The position numbers and the translations under genes were made by a program. DNA of 46,869 nucleotides, from the NCBI GenBank assembly GCA_046757445.1, contig JBHHYG010000001.1, forward strand, positions 1 through 46,869, read 5' to 3'. Shown here piece after piece: positions 14,611 to 23,342 of this stretch. Under the pieces are notes generated by a model. The model saw only the letters and a program-made list of their open reading frames with translations. It made no database searches and had not been told where the DNA came from. The stretch is from Acidobacteriota bacterium (GTDB lineage: Bacteria > Acidobacteriota > UBA890). Positions within the stretch are counted from its first letter, which is position 1. Every line of letters begins with the position of its first letter.

Positions 14611-15568
14611 GGCGGAACCCACAGCAGCAGTACCGGAGGAAACTCCACCCGAGACTCCTCCCGAGGCGGCAACCCCGCCCGAGGAAACGGCTCCTCCCGA
14701 GGCCCCGCCGGACGAGAGTTCGATGGAGAGCTTCTTAGAGGAACCTGAGGAGGCGATCGACCTCGACGAGACTCCCGTCGAGGAAGCGCCTCCTGAGGCA
14801 GCGGCCCCACCTGCAGAGGAACCTCCTGCGGAAGAGACTCCACCGGAACCGGCTAAGGCGCCTGCGGGCGAAGAGCCGCCTCCGGCAGAAGTTCCTCCCG
14901 CGGAAGAAGCTCCTCCTGCAGCGGAAGTGCCCGCTGCCAAACCGGCGGAGGAAGTAACTCCACCTCCCGAGCCTACGCCGGTCGAACAGCCTCCTGAGCT
15001 GACTCCTGCAGAGCTGCAGGAGACCTATAGCAAGTGGCGTGATGAGGCGATTGACCTCCTTGCGAAAGAGCACTATGCCTTGAGTGAAGAAGAGGTGGAA
15101 GAGCTCCAGACTAGCGCCGAGGCTGTAATTCCTCGGCTCATGGCGCGAGCTTACATGGACGCTACGACAGCAGCGATCGGACACATTTGGCAAGCCTTGC
15201 CAAATGCCATCAGCACGGCCCTGCAAGCGCGAGAAGCTGCCGACGGCCACGAAGGGAAATTCTTCGAGGCTTGGACGCAACTCGATCCTGTGGAGCATCG
15301 TGAGACAGTCGTTCGTCTTGGGGCGGCGTATAGGCAACTGTACCCCGCCGCTACGGCGGAGGAATTTATACGCGATGTTGGTGCCCAGGCGATGGTCGCC
15401 TTGAAGATCCCGGTAGAGCCCACGGCTCCGCCGGAGGAAGCACCGCCGCCTGTTCCGTTTCAACCGGCTACAGGCGCTCCGGGGGCCGCTGTTCCGGCGT
15501 CCGAAACTCCCATGCAGCAGGCTGACCGACAACTTTTCGATGAGCCTGATGATGAAGAGGAACTCTAA
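14579..15568 (+). CDS. Putative scaffolding protein with a long Pro/Glu/Ala-rich N-terminal region
   Basis: Sits between the portal and major capsid genes. About 150 aa of PPE/PEA low complexity are followed by a helical domain and an acidic C-terminus (DEPDDEEEL). Confidence 0.55.
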   Translation: MARKPKAPPTEAEPTAAVPEETPPETPPEAATPPEETAPPEAPPDESSMESFLEEPEEAIDLDETPVEEAPPEAAAPPAEEPPAEETPPEPAKAPAGEEPPPAEVPPAEEAPPAAEVPAAKPAEEVTPPPEPTPVEQPPELTPAELQETYSKWRDEAIDLLAKEHYALSEEEVEELQTSAEAVIPRLMARAYMDATTAAIGHIWQALPNAISTALQAREAADGHEGKFFEAWTQLDPVEHRETVVRLGAAYRQLYPAATAEEFIRDVGAQAMVALKIPVEPTAPPEEAPPPVPFQPATGAPGAAVPASETPMQQADRQLFDEPDDEEEL

Positions 15569-15587
15569 GCTAAGGAGGTAGCCAATC

Positions 15588-16814
15588 ATGGCAGCTGTAG
15601 CGGGACTTCGCGGAACTGGTGATTGGGGCACCGATGAACGCCCCAAGAACTTCCGCGAAATGATCCTTTTCAGGAACCCGAACGGCACTGCGCCCATCTT
15701 CGCCCTCATGGCGAGGGTGCAGAAGGAGTCGGTCGATGATCCTGAGTTCTCTTGGTGGGACGAGCCGAACGATCTCGTCCGACTTCAGGTGGCAGGGGCG
15801 CTTGGGGCGGCGGATACGGTGGTCACTGTCGACTCCGTTGACCCGACCGCGACGCTTCCCGCAAATGTCTGGGGAGTCGCCACTCACCTGAAGCCCGGTG
15901 ATCTGTTGCTGGTGGAGCCGGCGGCGGATGCTGCCACCTTCGTCAACGAGGTTATCGAAGTGGTCACGGCAATCAGCGAGACTTCATTCACCGTGAAGCG
16001 CGGTGCGTCAGGTACGACTGCCGCGGCGATTGCCGATAATTCCTTCCTGCTCTTGATCGGTTCAGCCTACTCCGAAGGCACGCCCTCGCCGAAGGCGGTG
16101 ACGAGAAATCCGATCAAGTACACGAACAAGTGTCAGATCTTCAAGACGCCCTACGAACTCACCAACACGGCGAAGGTGACTCGCACGAGAACGGGCGATC
16201 CGCTGAAGAACGACAAGAAGCGCAAGGCGTTCGACCACGCCAGAGGCGTCGAGTTGGCCATCCTCTACGGTCAGCAATCCGAAGTCACTGGGGAAAACGG
16301 TAAGCCCCTCCGCACTATGGATGGGCTGAGGAAGCAGATCCCCGGTGCGACCACGACGATCCTCGCAGCGACGAACGTGACGAACTTCCTCAATGCCGTC
16401 TTCCCGGTGTTCGACTTCGACTCGCGCGCCGGCGATGAAAGGATTGGGTTCTGCGGCAACGCGGCGCTCAATGCTCTGAACCTCATGATCCAGACTGACA
16501 CGAACACGCAAATTCAATTCGGCGGCGTGATCAATCAGTTCGGCATGAACTTCAGAGAGTTCATCATGCCGCAAGGGCGTCTCTTCATGCGGACTCACCC
16601 GCTGCTCAACCGGCATGGTCTCTATAAGAACTCGATGTTCATTCTCGACTTCAGTGTCGTCCGGTGGCGTCCATTGAGGGGGCGTGATACTTCCTTCAAG
16701 GACAACATCCAGGGCAACGACGAAGACACCCAGAAGGGGCAGTGGCTCACAGAGGCCGGTCTTGAAGTCGGCATGGGCGGATTGACCTGCGGCTACGTCG
16801 GCAACATCGTCTAG
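15588..16814 (+). CDS. Major capsid protein
   Basis: 408 aa in the canonical position, with a strong SD (AAGGAGG). The N-terminus ...GTGDWGTDERPKNFRE... resembles podoviral capsid families, from memory. Confidence 0.8.
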   Translation: MAAVAGLRGTGDWGTDERPKNFREMILFRNPNGTAPIFALMARVQKESVDDPEFSWWDEPNDLVRLQVAGALGAADTVVTVDSVDPTATLPANVWGVATHLKPGDLLLVEPAADAATFVNEVIEVVTAISETSFTVKRGASGTTAAAIADNSFLLLIGSAYSEGTPSPKAVTRNPIKYTNKCQIFKTPYELTNTAKVTRTRTGDPLKNDKKRKAFDHARGVELAILYGQQSEVTGENGKPLRTMDGLRKQIPGATTTILAATNVTNFLNAVFPVFDFDSRAGDERIGFCGNAALNALNLMIQTDTNTQIQFGGVINQFGMNFREFIMPQGRLFMRTHPLLNRHGLYKNSMFILDFSVVRWRPLRGRDTSFKDNIQGNDEDTQKGQWLTEAGLEVGMGGLTCGYVGNIV

Positions 16815-16835
16815 GCGCCGGGAAAGGAGGAAGTT

Positions 16836-17180
16836 ATGGGACAAGGAAACCTTGAAGGCGGCTCCCTCAAAGATATGTTCATGAAGAACATAAAGCTGAG
16901 GAGCCGTACAGAGACCCTCGCTGCGGGGCTGACGCTGGTAGCGGACGATCCGCCACTGCAGTTCCTGAATAATGGAGGAGCCGTGAGGACGGTCGTTCTT
17001 CCGGCGGAGGCCCTCAGCGATGGACTCGTCTTTATCATCACCAATAGTGGAGGTGGCGCGTTCGCCATCACCATAAACGACGACACTCCGGCGCTGGTCG
17101 CCAGCCTGCTCCAGAACGAGAGTGCCATTTGTTTCTGCGATGGCACCTCTTGGTTTGGGCTCGTCGGTACCAGCACCTAA
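16836..17180 (+). CDS. Hypothetical virion protein, 114 aa
   Basis: AAGGAGG SD upstream. Weak pattern similarity to residues about 55-150 of the tail fibre gene 21634..22824. Confidence 0.55.
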   Translation: MGQGNLEGGSLKDMFMKNIKLRSRTETLAAGLTLVADDPPLQFLNNGGAVRTVVLPAEALSDGLVFIITNSGGGAFAITINDDTPALVASLLQNESAICFCDGTSWFGLVGTST

Positions 17181-17192
17181 GTAGGCGGTCTG

Positions 17193-17231
17193 TACCCCTT
17201 GGTTGACAATCCGTCAACCGGGGGGTATAGA
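17193..17231. promoter_or_regulatory. 35-bp palindrome TACCCCttGGTTGACaatccGTCAACCggGGGGTA, with promoter-like hexamers (TTGACA-17-TATAGA on the plus strand)
   Basis: Lies in a 69-nt gap within an otherwise gap-free operon. The RNA could form a 13-bp stem including 2 G-U pairs. A related element is at 38776..38818. Confidence 0.4.
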
Positions 17232-17249
17232 CGTCCAAGGAGATGAACG

Positions 17250-17738
17250 ATGGTAGCAGCCACTAACCCTCCAGCAGTAGGGCCGCTGAACGTCGAGACC
17301 CTCTCGAGTCAGCTCCTTAACCGCGCCGTCGGCAAGCCGGTATTGCAAGTCGATGAGGCGCTCAACGACAGCGACAAAACTTTTACCGTTCCAGCCAATA
17401 CAACTTGGGAGATCTTAAGCCTTTGGGCTGAGTTGACCACAACCGCGACTGTGGGCAACCGGCAGGTCGCCTTGGAAATCCAGGACGCCGCCGGGGACAT
17501 TATCGCGCAGGTGCGCCACGGAGTCACTCAGGCGGCGAGCCTGACGCGTAATTACCTTTTCGCCCCAGACGTAGCGGACTTAACGGCCTTCCGCGACGCG
17601 GATTATCTTTCTTCCGCGATGCCTCGGCTCATCCTGCCGGAGAGTTCGATCATCCGAGTGTTCGATAAGGCGGCAGTCGATGCCGCCGCGGACGATCTCG
17701 TCCTCCAGATGATGGTCGTCGAGAGGGTGGAGATCTAA
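17250..17738 (+). CDS. Hypothetical virion protein, 162 aa
   Basis: AAGGAG SD upstream. No recognised motif. Confidence 0.6.
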   Translation: MVAATNPPAVGPLNVETLSSQLLNRAVGKPVLQVDEALNDSDKTFTVPANTTWEILSLWAELTTTATVGNRQVALEIQDAAGDIIAQVRHGVTQAASLTRNYLFAPDVADLTAFRDADYLSSAMPRLILPESSIIRVFDKAAVDAAADDLVLQMMVVERVEI

Positions 17739-17739
17739 G

Positions 17740-18003
17740 ATGGCGCTGCATCTGGCGGAAATGCACGAAGGATCCCATCGACCTGAAGCGATCGTGCTCG
17801 AGTTGAGCGATGAGGAGATCAAGAAGTTCAAGGTCGGGCAGAAAGTCACTGTCACCATCCAGGGCTCGGTCGGGATGCTTCAAGTCCCGCCCGATGGGTC
17901 GAGTGAGGAGTTCCCCGCCGAGATGGGAGTCCGTATGACGGACAAGAAGATTGTGGGCTCCAATGAATTTGCGGAACTCTCGGAGGACGGAGAGGAGGAA
18001 TGA
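17740..18003 (+). CDS. Hypothetical acidic protein, 87 aa
   Basis: Tight packing in the operon. Confidence 0.55.
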   Translation: MALHLAEMHEGSHRPEAIVLELSDEEIKKFKVGQKVTVTIQGSVGMLQVPPDGSSEEFPAEMGVRMTDKKIVGSNEFAELSEDGEEE

Positions 18004-18006
18004 GAA

Positions 18007-18324
18007 ATGGCGATCATCCGCCGTCGAATAGCCTCCTGTGATCTCGGCGGCCGCTCGGTCGTCACCATCGCTTATGACGACCAGACGTTAGAATTTAAGG
18101 GCTTGCGGCTGCGTGGGCTATCAACTCGGCGTGTGACTATACGAATACACCGGCGGGGGCGTTCTGATCTTGTGCAAGTGCGAGGGCGGAATATCGGGAT
18201 CGACAAGACTCTCACCGCAAATTTCAAGATGGTCCGCAAGACTATTAAGGCGGGCACGCCCAAAGAACGCGAGGTTGTCGTTTTTCCGCCTCGTATTGGC
18301 GTTTCGTGCGAGTGGGTTCCATGA
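18007..18324 (+). CDS. Hypothetical basic protein, 105 aa
   Basis: Tight packing in the operon. Confidence 0.55.
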   Translation: MAIIRRRIASCDLGGRSVVTIAYDDQTLEFKGLRLRGLSTRRVTIRIHRRGRSDLVQVRGRNIGIDKTLTANFKMVRKTIKAGTPKEREVVVFPPRIGVSCEWVP

Positions 18325-19058
18325 CGCGCTTCATTCGACGCCAGCCCAAGATTATCTTCCCGGTCGGCTTTTTACTGTACCGCCCACCGCCGCTCGTGCT
18401 GGCACCGACCTTCGTTCGAGTGGCAGTCGATTCGGGCGATGGCGTAACGCAGATCGACCTCAGCATCGACATCGACGGAGCGGATCGCTGTCTGATCGCC
18501 TCCTTGTCGAGCGACGTTACAGGCACCACGACCGTCACATTCGATCCTGCGGGACCGGATGAGAAAACTGGAACTCTGATCGGCAGCACCAACTTCGGCG
18601 GGGCCACTCAATCGGATTTGTTTCACGTCGTCGGCCCGGTGACCGGGCTCGGAAAGACGGTTCGTATTGCCACTACGACCGAGATTGTCGGGGCCGTTAC
18701 CGCCCGACTGTACACGGGCGTCGATCAGACCACGCCGGTTGGAACGGCCGCGACGGCTAGCGGCGAAAGCTTCACGCCCTCAGTCACCGTTACTTCCGCG
18801 ACGGGGGAGTTGGTTGTGGACAATGTTTGTCACGCGGGCGGAGGAGCGGGAACCCCCGATGCTACGCAAACGGAGAGGTACGACAATATTGATGTGGTTG
18901 ACGGCTCGGCGCTTGGCTCGGACAAGGCGGGGGCGGCCTCGGTGGATATGGGTTGGACAATTGGCGAGGTTGCATGGGCCACTGTCGGGGCTTCGCTCAA
19001 GCCGGCGGCGGTTGCGGATGAGTTGATTCAATCGAGAAGGGCAGTAATTCAGCCATGA
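18321..19058 (+). CDS. Hypothetical virion protein, 245 aa
   Basis: Start set at the ATGA junction at 18321. Thr/Gly/Ala-rich and looks beta-rich. Confidence 0.6.
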   Translation: MTRFIRRQPKIIFPVGFLLYRPPPLVLAPTFVRVAVDSGDGVTQIDLSIDIDGADRCLIASLSSDVTGTTTVTFDPAGPDEKTGTLIGSTNFGGATQSDLFHVVGPVTGLGKTVRIATTTEIVGAVTARLYTGVDQTTPVGTAATASGESFTPSVTVTSATGELVVDNVCHAGGGAGTPDATQTERYDNIDVVDGSALGSDKAGAASVDMGWTIGEVAWATVGASLKPAAVADELIQSRRAVIQP

Positions 19059-19354
19059 CAAGAATTATTGGAAAACAGCACGTCGGATACCTCAAGAATG
19101 ACAACCGCGTCAGCGGTGGCGCGCTGGAGGAGTCGGACGTAAAGGGTTGCAACCACTGCCAGAAGATCATGACTTTAGCAGACTGGCGGAAGAAGGGTGG
19201 TTGGTGTTATTGCTGCGATAACTACGTCTGCTTTAGCTGTGTAGAGCGGACGAAGAAAGAAGGTTGCGTCCCGTGGCGCAAGTTCGTGGATCGGCAACTC
19301 GAAGCTCAAGCACAGCGACGACAACTGGAAAAAGCCTTCGGGCTAGGAGGATAA
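19055..19354 (+). CDS. Cys-rich (zinc-ribbon-like) protein, 99 aa
   Basis: CNHCQK...(16 aa)...CYCCDNYVCFSC...C gives 8 Cys in about 50 aa. ATGA coupling to the upstream gene. Confidence 0.6.
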   Translation: MTRIIGKQHVGYLKNDNRVSGGALEESDVKGCNHCQKIMTLADWRKKGGWCYCCDNYVCFSCVERTKKEGCVPWRKFVDRQLEAQAQRRQLEKAFGLGG

Positions 19355-19355
19355 G

Positions 19356-19820
19356 ATGCCAGGATACTCTGGTAATGTGGACGCATTTACGCCGTCCCTC
19401 ACCGACGACAACTATACACTCGAAGGGGACACCAGCGGTGACCTGGCAAAGGTCCGCATGGTTAACTGGGGTGGGGAGTTAGTTGCGAGTACGGCCTATC
19501 GAACTCGATGGGTCCGGCCAACGACGGCGGGCGTAGGAGCAGGAACTGCTGGGAGTGTCGAGGCGCATAACCCGCGCTTCGCGGCTCCGCTCACCTCGTT
19601 CTTCACGACTTACGCCACGACGCAGCCTGTGCTGCCTGCGACGCCAGACGCGCTCTTCCTTACTGCGTGGAACGCGCACGGCGGCTTGGGCATCCTCGTC
19701 TTGCCACCGGGGATGGAGTGGGAAGTCGCCTTCGGCCTGTTGACGGCGTCTCTCTCCTGTCGTAACCTCGTCGGCGTCGATGCCAACGGCTCGACTTATG
19801 GCATCGGTTGGGAAGAATAA
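19356..19820 (+). CDS. Hypothetical virion protein, 154 aa
   Basis: GGAGG SD upstream. Confidence 0.6.
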   Translation: MPGYSGNVDAFTPSLTDDNYTLEGDTSGDLAKVRMVNWGGELVASTAYRTRWVRPTTAGVGAGTAGSVEAHNPRFAAPLTSFFTTYATTQPVLPATPDALFLTAWNAHGGLGILVLPPGMEWEVAFGLLTASLSCRNLVGVDANGSTYGIGWEE

Positions 19821-19838
19821 AAGTAGGAGTCCTGGCGT

Positions 19839-20996
19839 GTGTCTGGCGACTACCTATATTGGCAACGCAGGCGGCACCCGGAGTGGTACCAGTCGTTCCT
19901 CCGCTCCGGGCGTCCGCCGGTTGTCGAGCCCGCGCCTGCAGCCCTGCCGGAAGGCCAGACGGCTATCACGCGGGCCGACGAGAACGTTAGCGAACGAGCA
20001 AGAAGGTATCAAAGCCTTGCTGGTTTCGACGCAAAGATCACATCTACCAAACTACCGGAGGGCGAGACTCTCCTCAGCCGAGCGGACAGAATCGTCCGGG
20101 AAGCGTCCCGTAGTTATCAGTCCCTTGTTGACTATGACCGGAGAATATCGGCCCCGCCGCAAGAACTGCCCGAAGGCAAACAGGCGTTCACCCGCGCAGA
20201 CGAGCGAGTCGCTGAACGAACTAGACGTTATCAGAGTTTCGCTCAATTCGATGCGAAGATTGCGTCTACTAGACTGCCGGAAGGGCAACGTGTACTCACT
20301 CGCGCAGATGCGATCGTCGCCGACCGGACTCGCTACCAGACCTTCACGGACTTCAACCGGAGAATTGCGGTTGAGGCCGAGGCACTTCCGGAAGGGCGCC
20401 AAGTCGCTACTCGCGCTGATGCGCCAGTCGCCGAACGATCTCGGCGGTATCAGAGCCTCGTCGATTACGATAGGAAGATCCCCGACGCGCCGATTGCTCT
20501 TCCTGAAGGGCGGCAAGTATTCACGAGATCCGACAGGGATGTTCGACGTCTTGATCAACTCCAGTCCTTCATCGACTTCGATAGGAAACCGCCGTCGAAA
20601 CTGCCGGAAGGCAGCATCCTCGTCACGAGGGCCGACGAGCACTTCCCGGGCCGGAGTTTGCGATATCAGAGTTTTGTCTGGTTCGATGCGAAGATACCAC
20701 CCGAGGTCTTCGTCGATCTACCGGAGGGTCGAGCTTTCTTCACTCGGGCGGACGAGACCGTCGCAGAAAGGGTGCTTCGCTATCGGAGCTTCGTTACTAA
20801 GCCAGAACACTTTACACGCCACTGGGCGGAGGAAGCCATGCTCATGGACGGTTGGGCGCCGGAAGCTATGCTGGCTGGGGTTTGGAGTAAGGAAGCCGCT
20901 GCCGCCGGCGCATGGGCGAAGGAAGCTGCGGCTGCAGGCGCCTGGAGTGAGGAAGGCGCAGCCGGTGGCACATGGGATAAGGAGGGGTCGAGATGA
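19839..20996 (+). CDS. Tandem-repeat protein, 385 aa (8 x about 37-aa LPEG...TRAD...RRYQSF..FD.KI repeats plus about 5 x 10-aa W-x-x-E-A repeats)
   Basis: GTG start 9 nt after AGGAG. The repeats are visible directly in the translation. ATGA coupling to the downstream gene. Confidence 0.7.
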   Translation: MSGDYLYWQRRRHPEWYQSFLRSGRPPVVEPAPAALPEGQTAITRADENVSERARRYQSLAGFDAKITSTKLPEGETLLSRADRIVREASRSYQSLVDYDRRISAPPQELPEGKQAFTRADERVAERTRRYQSFAQFDAKIASTRLPEGQRVLTRADAIVADRTRYQTFTDFNRRIAVEAEALPEGRQVATRADAPVAERSRRYQSLVDYDRKIPDAPIALPEGRQVFTRSDRDVRRLDQLQSFIDFDRKPPSKLPEGSILVTRADEHFPGRSLRYQSFVWFDAKIPPEVFVDLPEGRAFFTRADETVAERVLRYRSFVTKPEHFTRHWAEEAMLMDGWAPEAMLAGVWSKEAAAAGAWAKEAAAAGAWSEEGAAGGTWDKEGSR

Positions 20997-21634
20997 CTCG
21001 GGATGAAGCAGTGACGGAGGTGCAACGGGGTCTCGGGTTTCGCACCGACCTCGCGACGGAGATCATAACTGCGTTGAAGACTGTGCAATCGGAACTCGAG
21101 CGCCGCGCGACTTTGCCGTGGTTTCTACTCACGGAAGTCGCGAGCGCGAGCACGGTGAAGGACGAAGAGCGCGTCCCGGTTCCCTCCGACTTCCTCCGAG
21201 AGTATGAGGAGGACGCCCTGCACTACTTTAACGGCGCAACTGGGGTTGCCGATGAGGACGTATGGACGCCGCTCGCTAAGGACGACCTTGAGTTCCTCCG
21301 CGACGAGCTACCCGGCAGCGGCGCGCCGCAGGCTTACGCACTTGATGTGAAGTACTTTCGCGTTTTTCCAACGCCTGATGCGGTCTATACTCTTAAGCAA
21401 ATCTACTACAAGACGGATACGGTGCTCAATTCAAACATCGAAAATCAATGGCTGAAGTACGCCCACGCGCTGTTGATTGGAGAGGCGGGGATTAAGATAG
21501 CCTCGGGACTGCGCGATAAAGAAGGGCTCCCCCTCTTCCAGTCTATGGCGCAGCGAGGTGCAAATGACCTGCTCGTGGAGAATGAGGCGCGAGCGCACGA
21601 AGGAAGACGCTACATCATGGGAGGGCCGGACTGA
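20993..21634 (+). CDS. Hypothetical virion protein, 213 aa (possible head-tail adaptor)
   Basis: Lies just before the tail fibre gene. The YFRVFPTPDAVYTLKQIYY pattern is reminiscent of adaptor/neck proteins. Function is tentative. Confidence 0.55.
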   Translation: MTRDEAVTEVQRGLGFRTDLATEIITALKTVQSELERRATLPWFLLTEVASASTVKDEERVPVPSDFLREYEEDALHYFNGATGVADEDVWTPLAKDDLEFLRDELPGSGAPQAYALDVKYFRVFPTPDAVYTLKQIYYKTDTVLNSNIENQWLKYAHALLIGEAGIKIASGLRDKEGLPLFQSMAQRGANDLLVENEARAHEGRRYIMGGPD

Positions 21635-22824
21635 TGGGTCTCGAAGTTGGCACTTTTGTATCCGATCTTGTCTCGAGCAACCCTCCTGGGACTGACGTTA
21701 AGGGTCAAGGGGACGACCATCTTCGCCTGATTAAATCCGTTCTTCAGTCAACGTTCCCGAACGCTTCGAGGGCGTTCCGCTTCTCCGCCGCGGCGGCGGC
21801 AAAGGTCGCAAACTACACTATTCTCGCCTCGGATGAGAATGCGCTTATCCGAATGGACGCGACGGCTGCGGCCCGCACGGCTACGCTGCCGCTGCTGAGT
21901 ACTGTGTTTGCGGGCTATACCGTCCTCGTGATGAAGTCCGACTCCAGCGCGAACGCTGTTACTGTTGATGGGAATGGTGCTGAGACGATCAACGGAGCAG
22001 CAACTCGGACGTTGAGTGCCCAGTACGAAGTCGAGGGTTATATGTCCGATGGGGCTGAGTGGAAGCTTGTCCACGAGGGCACCTTGGGACTTGGTGCGCT
22101 CGCGGCGCTTGGAGTCGGCACCGGCCTGGTCTCGGCGGGCGGGAACGCGGATCTCGACGTTGCAGGGCTGACTGCGGAGACTGTCCCAGCGGTCGGGGAC
22201 GAAATCGCCATCGAGGACGTGAGTGTTCCTGGCAAGAGGAAGATGACCCTCGAGAACCAGATGAAGATTATCAACGTCCTCACGGCGCTCACGGCTCCGG
22301 CGCTCGCAGACAAGCTCTCTATCTATGATGATACTGCTGCCGCGGCACGCAGTATCACACCGGACAATTTGTTGAAAGTGATCGACCTGTTGACCGCGCT
22401 AGGGGCCAGTGTTGATAAGGCTGCTGACAAGATACCGATCTATGATGCCACGGCAGGCATTGTCAAGACTGTCTTTCCGAACGACATAGCTACGGAAGAC
22501 GCCGCAAAGGCTCACGGTCAATTTACTGTCGCAGGAGTGCTTCAGGGGCCGGACAAGGGCATTACCAGCATAACAGATAACGGCGTGGGTAACTGGACCG
22601 TGAATCTGACCGTCAACTTTGCTACTGCAGACTACGCGCCCTTCGGCACGGGACGGAACATAGGTAACAATGGGGGCGACGACGTGCTGATCGCGTACGG
22701 TGTGGAGACCCTTCTCGTAGGGAGTTACGTCGTCAGAGCGCACGAGGCAACCGGCGCGATTAACCCGCCTGGTAGAGATCCCCGTACTGGTCTTGTCCAT
22801 ACCGTGGCTTTTGGAGATCAGTGA
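21634..22824 (+). CDS. Tail fibre protein
   Basis: The N-terminus GTFVSDLVSSNPPGTDVKGQGDDHLRLIKSVLQSTFPN matches the conserved N-terminal motif seen in many phage tail fibres (from memory). Confidence 0.65.
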   Translation: MGLEVGTFVSDLVSSNPPGTDVKGQGDDHLRLIKSVLQSTFPNASRAFRFSAAAAAKVANYTILASDENALIRMDATAAARTATLPLLSTVFAGYTVLVMKSDSSANAVTVDGNGAETINGAATRTLSAQYEVEGYMSDGAEWKLVHEGTLGLGALAALGVGTGLVSAGGNADLDVAGLTAETVPAVGDEIAIEDVSVPGKRKMTLENQMKIINVLTALTAPALADKLSIYDDTAAAARSITPDNLLKVIDLLTALGASVDKAADKIPIYDATAGIVKTVFPNDIATEDAAKAHGQFTVAGVLQGPDKGITSITDNGVGNWTVNLTVNFATADYAPFGTGRNIGNNGGDDVLIAYGVETLLVGSYVVRAHEATGAINPPGRDPRTGLVHTVAFGDQ

Positions 22825-23342
22825 TGAAAGCGATCGTTTACCGATGGCCAGACGGTGGAGTCTCCATCGTACATCCTTCTCAGAGCTACCTCGCTACGCT
22901 AATGGCTAGGGGTATGACGGAAGCCGAGGCGCTCGCGGCTGTTCAGGCCAAGGTTGTCCCCAGCGATGCTACCGGCGTTGAGATTGTCGAGGACTCCGAC
23001 ATACCTGGATTTGACTCTGTTACAGGCACTCTCCACCACCACGAGTTCCGAGATGCGCTGGAGAAGCCTAGTGTCGGCCCGCCCATAGTGAACATGGCGA
23101 AGGCCCGAAAAATCCACGTTCGGGTCATTGAGGACGTGAAGGGTCGTGAAGTGTCACGCCTAGCGAGTGAAGAGGCGCGAGCACGCTCCGCTGGACGCAC
23201 GGTAGACGCGGATAAGGCCGCTTCTGACCGTGCCGTCGTCGAAGCTATCGACCTTGGAGCGGTCAACAATCAAATCACCAACGCGGCCACGCCGGAAGAG
23301 CTCAGTGCCGTGTGGCCCGCTGAACTCAGGAGAAGACCATGA
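22824..23342 (+). CDS. Hypothetical protein, 172 aa (possible fibre-associated protein or chaperone)
   Basis: ATG at 22824 in a TGATG junction. Function is inferred from position only. Confidence 0.55.
   Translation: MKAIVYRWPDGGVSIVHPSQSYLATLMARGMTEAEALAAVQAKVVPSDATGVEIVEDSDIPGFDSVTGTLHHHEFRDALEKPSVGPPIVNMAKARKIHVRVIEDVKGREVSRLASEEARARSAGRTVDADKAASDRAVVEAIDLGAVNNQITNAATPEELSAVWPAELRRRP

Noticed and set aside
19944-20822. Tandem DNA repeats considered as a CRISPR array or a DGR template/variable repeat pair
   Set aside because: The repeats are contiguous, in frame and diverged, with no spacers. No reverse transcriptase or cas genes are present.
19780-21006. 408-aa alternative plus-strand frame overlapping the repeat protein
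   Set aside because: The open frame is a by-product of the periodic repeat DNA. Its product is Arg/Ser-rich and lacks a start context, whereas the 19839 frame has an SD and ATGA coupling downstream.
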